From a bacterium (lineage in GTDB: Bacteria > Hinthialibacterota > Hinthialibacteria > Hinthialibacterales > Hinthialibacteraceae), in assembly GCA_041946805.1 (NCBI GenBank), contig JBHGBC010000107.1:1-20613 (forward strand): a stretch of DNA of 20,613 nt, written 5' to 3'. The notes under the pieces are model-generated. The model saw nothing but the letters and a program-made list of their open reading frames with translations. It was not told the origin of the DNA and searched no databases. Shown here piece by piece: positions 18,820-20,613 of this stretch. The translations under genes and the position numbers were made by a program. Positions within the stretch are counted from its first letter, which is position 1; each line of letters begins with the position of its first letter.

Positions 18820-19683
18820 TTAAGGACGCCAGGTTTCCTCGGCCGGAGTGGTAATCCGGCTCCCGCCGGGTGAGACGGAAGAACGGGGATCCAAACGGCT
18901 CAGGGGGGTGACTTCATCCTTGGAGATGATCCCGGGACGCCACACATCGTCATACATGGCCAACAAATCCTGGACCGCCCCGGGAACACCACCACGCGGC
19001 TTGGGCGCGTGGAACCCTTCCTGGACAATGGCCCCGAGGGTCTCCTTTTGCAACTGCTCGCCGAAACGGCGCAGCATCCAGTGGCATGCCGCCTCCGAAT
19101 CCGCGCGCTGATCCCGGTCGCAATAGCGGGACACCACGCCATGCAGGTCCATGATCATGTCCCGCGCCGGACCGGTCGTTTCCCCGATCTCCTCGGATGC
19201 CTTATGGCAGAGAGCGGCCGCTTTCCCCTGCTCGCCTTGAGCGCAGTGCGCCATCGCCAGCAAATGCAGGGTCAGATAATGCAACTTGGAATCCACCTGC
19301 GGTATTTTCTGAAAGGGTGCTTTCGCCACGGCCGCCAGGGCTTCCCCGTACACATTCGCGGCCTGGGCGTACTGGCCGTTCAGGTGAAAGACCAATCCCA
19401 GGTGATTCAGGCTCTTGCAGACCACCAGGTCGGAAGGACCATACAGGTTCCGTTCCATCGCCAGGGAACGCTGCATGAAATCCACCGCCTTTTCGATCTG
19501 CCCCACCGCGTAATAAAACACGCCCAGGAGTTTCAATTGCTGCGCGTAATAAGCGTTGGGACGTGGATACGCTTCCGCTTCCCGGAGCGCGGTGATAAAA
19601 CACTGCTCCGCCTCCTGGTAATGCCCTTCCCCGAACCGGCGTCTCCCCGCTTCCACGCTTTGCGCCAAGGCCGCGTAACTCAT
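18820..19683 (-). CDS. Tetratricopeptide repeat protein (287 aa)
   Basis: TPR-like helices GHYQEAEQCF, LGVFYYAVGQIEKAVDFMQRSL and SLNHLGLVFHLNGQYAQAANVY. AAGGAG RBS precedes ATG 19683; alternative start at 19725. Confidence 0.82.
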   Translation of the reverse strand: MSYAALAQSVEAGRRRFGEGHYQEAEQCFITALREAEAYPRPNAYYAQQLKLLGVFYYAVGQIEKAVDFMQRSLAMERNLYGPSDLVVCKSLNHLGLVFHLNGQYAQAANVYGEALAAVAKAPFQKIPQVDSKLHYLTLHLLAMAHCAQGEQGKAAALCHKASEEIGETTGPARDMIMDLHGVVSRYCDRDQRADSEAACHWMLRRFGEQLQKETLGAIVQEGFHAPKPRGGVPGAVQDLLAMYDDVWRPGIISKDEVTPLSRLDPRSSVSPGGSRITTPAEETWRP

Positions 19684-19784
19684 GACATGATGCTCCTTCT
19701 TGGCTGCCCGGTCCGTGATTCCCATAGCCCCCGCGGCGCCATCGGTTTTTCTTTCCCGTCATTTCCAGTGATCTGGATCACGGT

Positions 19785-19812
19785 ATTATAATCGAGTTAT
19801 CCACAATGGAAA
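19785..19812 (-). promoter_or_regulatory. Candidate sigma70-type promoter containing a consensus DnaA box
   Basis: Minus-strand TATAAT (19785-19790) and TTTCCA (19807-19812) with a 16-nt spacer. TTATCCACA at 19797-19805. Confidence 0.35.
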
Positions 19813-20130
19813 TACGGGAGTGATATTATCCCACTCCGGGAAACGATTTTTGGTCCGGCCGGTTTGTACGTAATCAAGGATTCCATCCCGGCACAAAGGA
19901 AAAAAACGAAGGGATCTTCAAATTTGGAATGGAAGAAGTGTCATTTCCCTCCCTATCCCTCTGGGGTGAGAAAATTTGTAGCACAAGCGTCTTTTTGTAG
20001 CCTGGGCGTTCCGCCGGCCCCCGCCCCTGAGGGGCCAGATTAGCATAGACAGAAACCACACACCGGGCGCATCGTCCTGGCGATCCCACCCGGGCCCGCC
20101 ATCACGGGAATAAAACCCCAGGCGCCCCCC

Positions 20131-20613
20131 TCATTTCTCCCGCAACGCGGCGAAAAGACTCCCCAGATCCTCAGGATTCTTGATGGATTCACAACGGAGA
20201 TCGAAACGGCCGGTTCGCCACAGCCTCCAGCCCAGGCGGTATTGCTTGAGCATCTTCAGCGGATGTGTACGGAGAAACAGACGGAAAATCAACCACGCCT
20301 CGTTGCTGCGGCCGTGTCTCAGGATGAATCGGAAAAATTCATCGGCCAACACGGGAATGGGAAAGCGGCGGGGGTACACCTTCTCCTCGATGGCCCGCTG
20401 CTTCAAGGCGTACATCACTTCGGTGATGTCAATCTCCTTGGGACATTCCACACTGCACGAGTAACACGAGGCGCATAGCCAGATCGTGAAGGATTGCAAG
20501 ACCTCGTCCTTGAATCCCTCCCGGGTCATGGCGATCAACCGGCGGGGCGTATAATCCATATACAGCGATAGGGGACATGTCGAGCTGCAAGTTCCGCACT
20601 GGATGCAATCCGT
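20131..20613 (-). CDS. hdrC: Heterodisulfide reductase subunit C-like 4Fe-4S dicluster protein (5' end outside the window)
   Basis: Frame is open to the window edge: CIQCGTCSSTCP...MDYTPRRLI...IWLCASCYSCSVECPKEI, two CxxCxxCxxxCP motifs with HdrC-like spacing. Confidence 0.85.
   Translation of the reverse strand, partial: TDCIQCGTCSSTCPLSLYMDYTPRRLIAMTREGFKDEVLQSFTIWLCASCYSCSVECPKEIDITEVMYALKQRAIEEKVYPRRFPIPVLADEFFRFILRHGRSNEAWLIFRLFLRTHPLKMLKQYRLGWRLWRTGRFDLRCESIKNPEDLGSLFAALREK

Noticed and set aside
18846..18860. 15-nt match (GAGTGGTAATCCGGC) to the reverse complement of the terminator region at 183-197
   Set aside because: A single 15-mer match within a 20-kb GC-rich window is plausible by chance, and it lies inside a coding region.
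19797..19805. Replication origin
   Set aside because: Only one perfect DnaA box, with no cluster and no dnaA/dnaN context.

Overview
GC-rich bacterial chromosomal window with 15 supported CDSs (one truncated by the window edge) and no rRNA, tRNA, CRISPR array, transposase or reverse transcriptase. From left to right: (i) a minus-strand cluster of a Tat-exported GH5, a degenerate pseudopilin-like protein and a Gfo/Idh/MocA oxidoreductase, divergent from a Tat-signal-bearing ManD/RspA-type sugar-acid dehydratase; (ii) an acyl-CoA desaturase, a hypothetical protein, a proline iminopeptidase and an NCS1-like permease with a coupled small membrane protein; (iii) two secreted proteins sharing a duplicated five-repeat FG-GAP-like block, one fused to an IRREKO-type LRR array and one to a non-catalytic FGE/C-type-lectin domain resembling a DGR target; (iv) a minus-strand cluster of a TPR protein, a glutamate dehydrogenase homologue and a PEP-synthase-like ATP-grasp protein; (v) the 3' part of an hdrC-like gene. 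The best novelty candidate is the GDH homologue. Its catalytic lysine is replaced (GGAKGG to GGAGGG) while the substrate- and cofactor-binding motifs are kept, and it lies next to a PEP-synthase-like protein that has a degenerate KaiC-like N-terminus and no pyruvate-binding barrel. Together they may form a metabolite-sensing phosphorylation module. Intergenic DNA holds several REP-like repeat families, including a ~133 bp composite element present twice. All calls come from motif recognition by eye; no searches were run.
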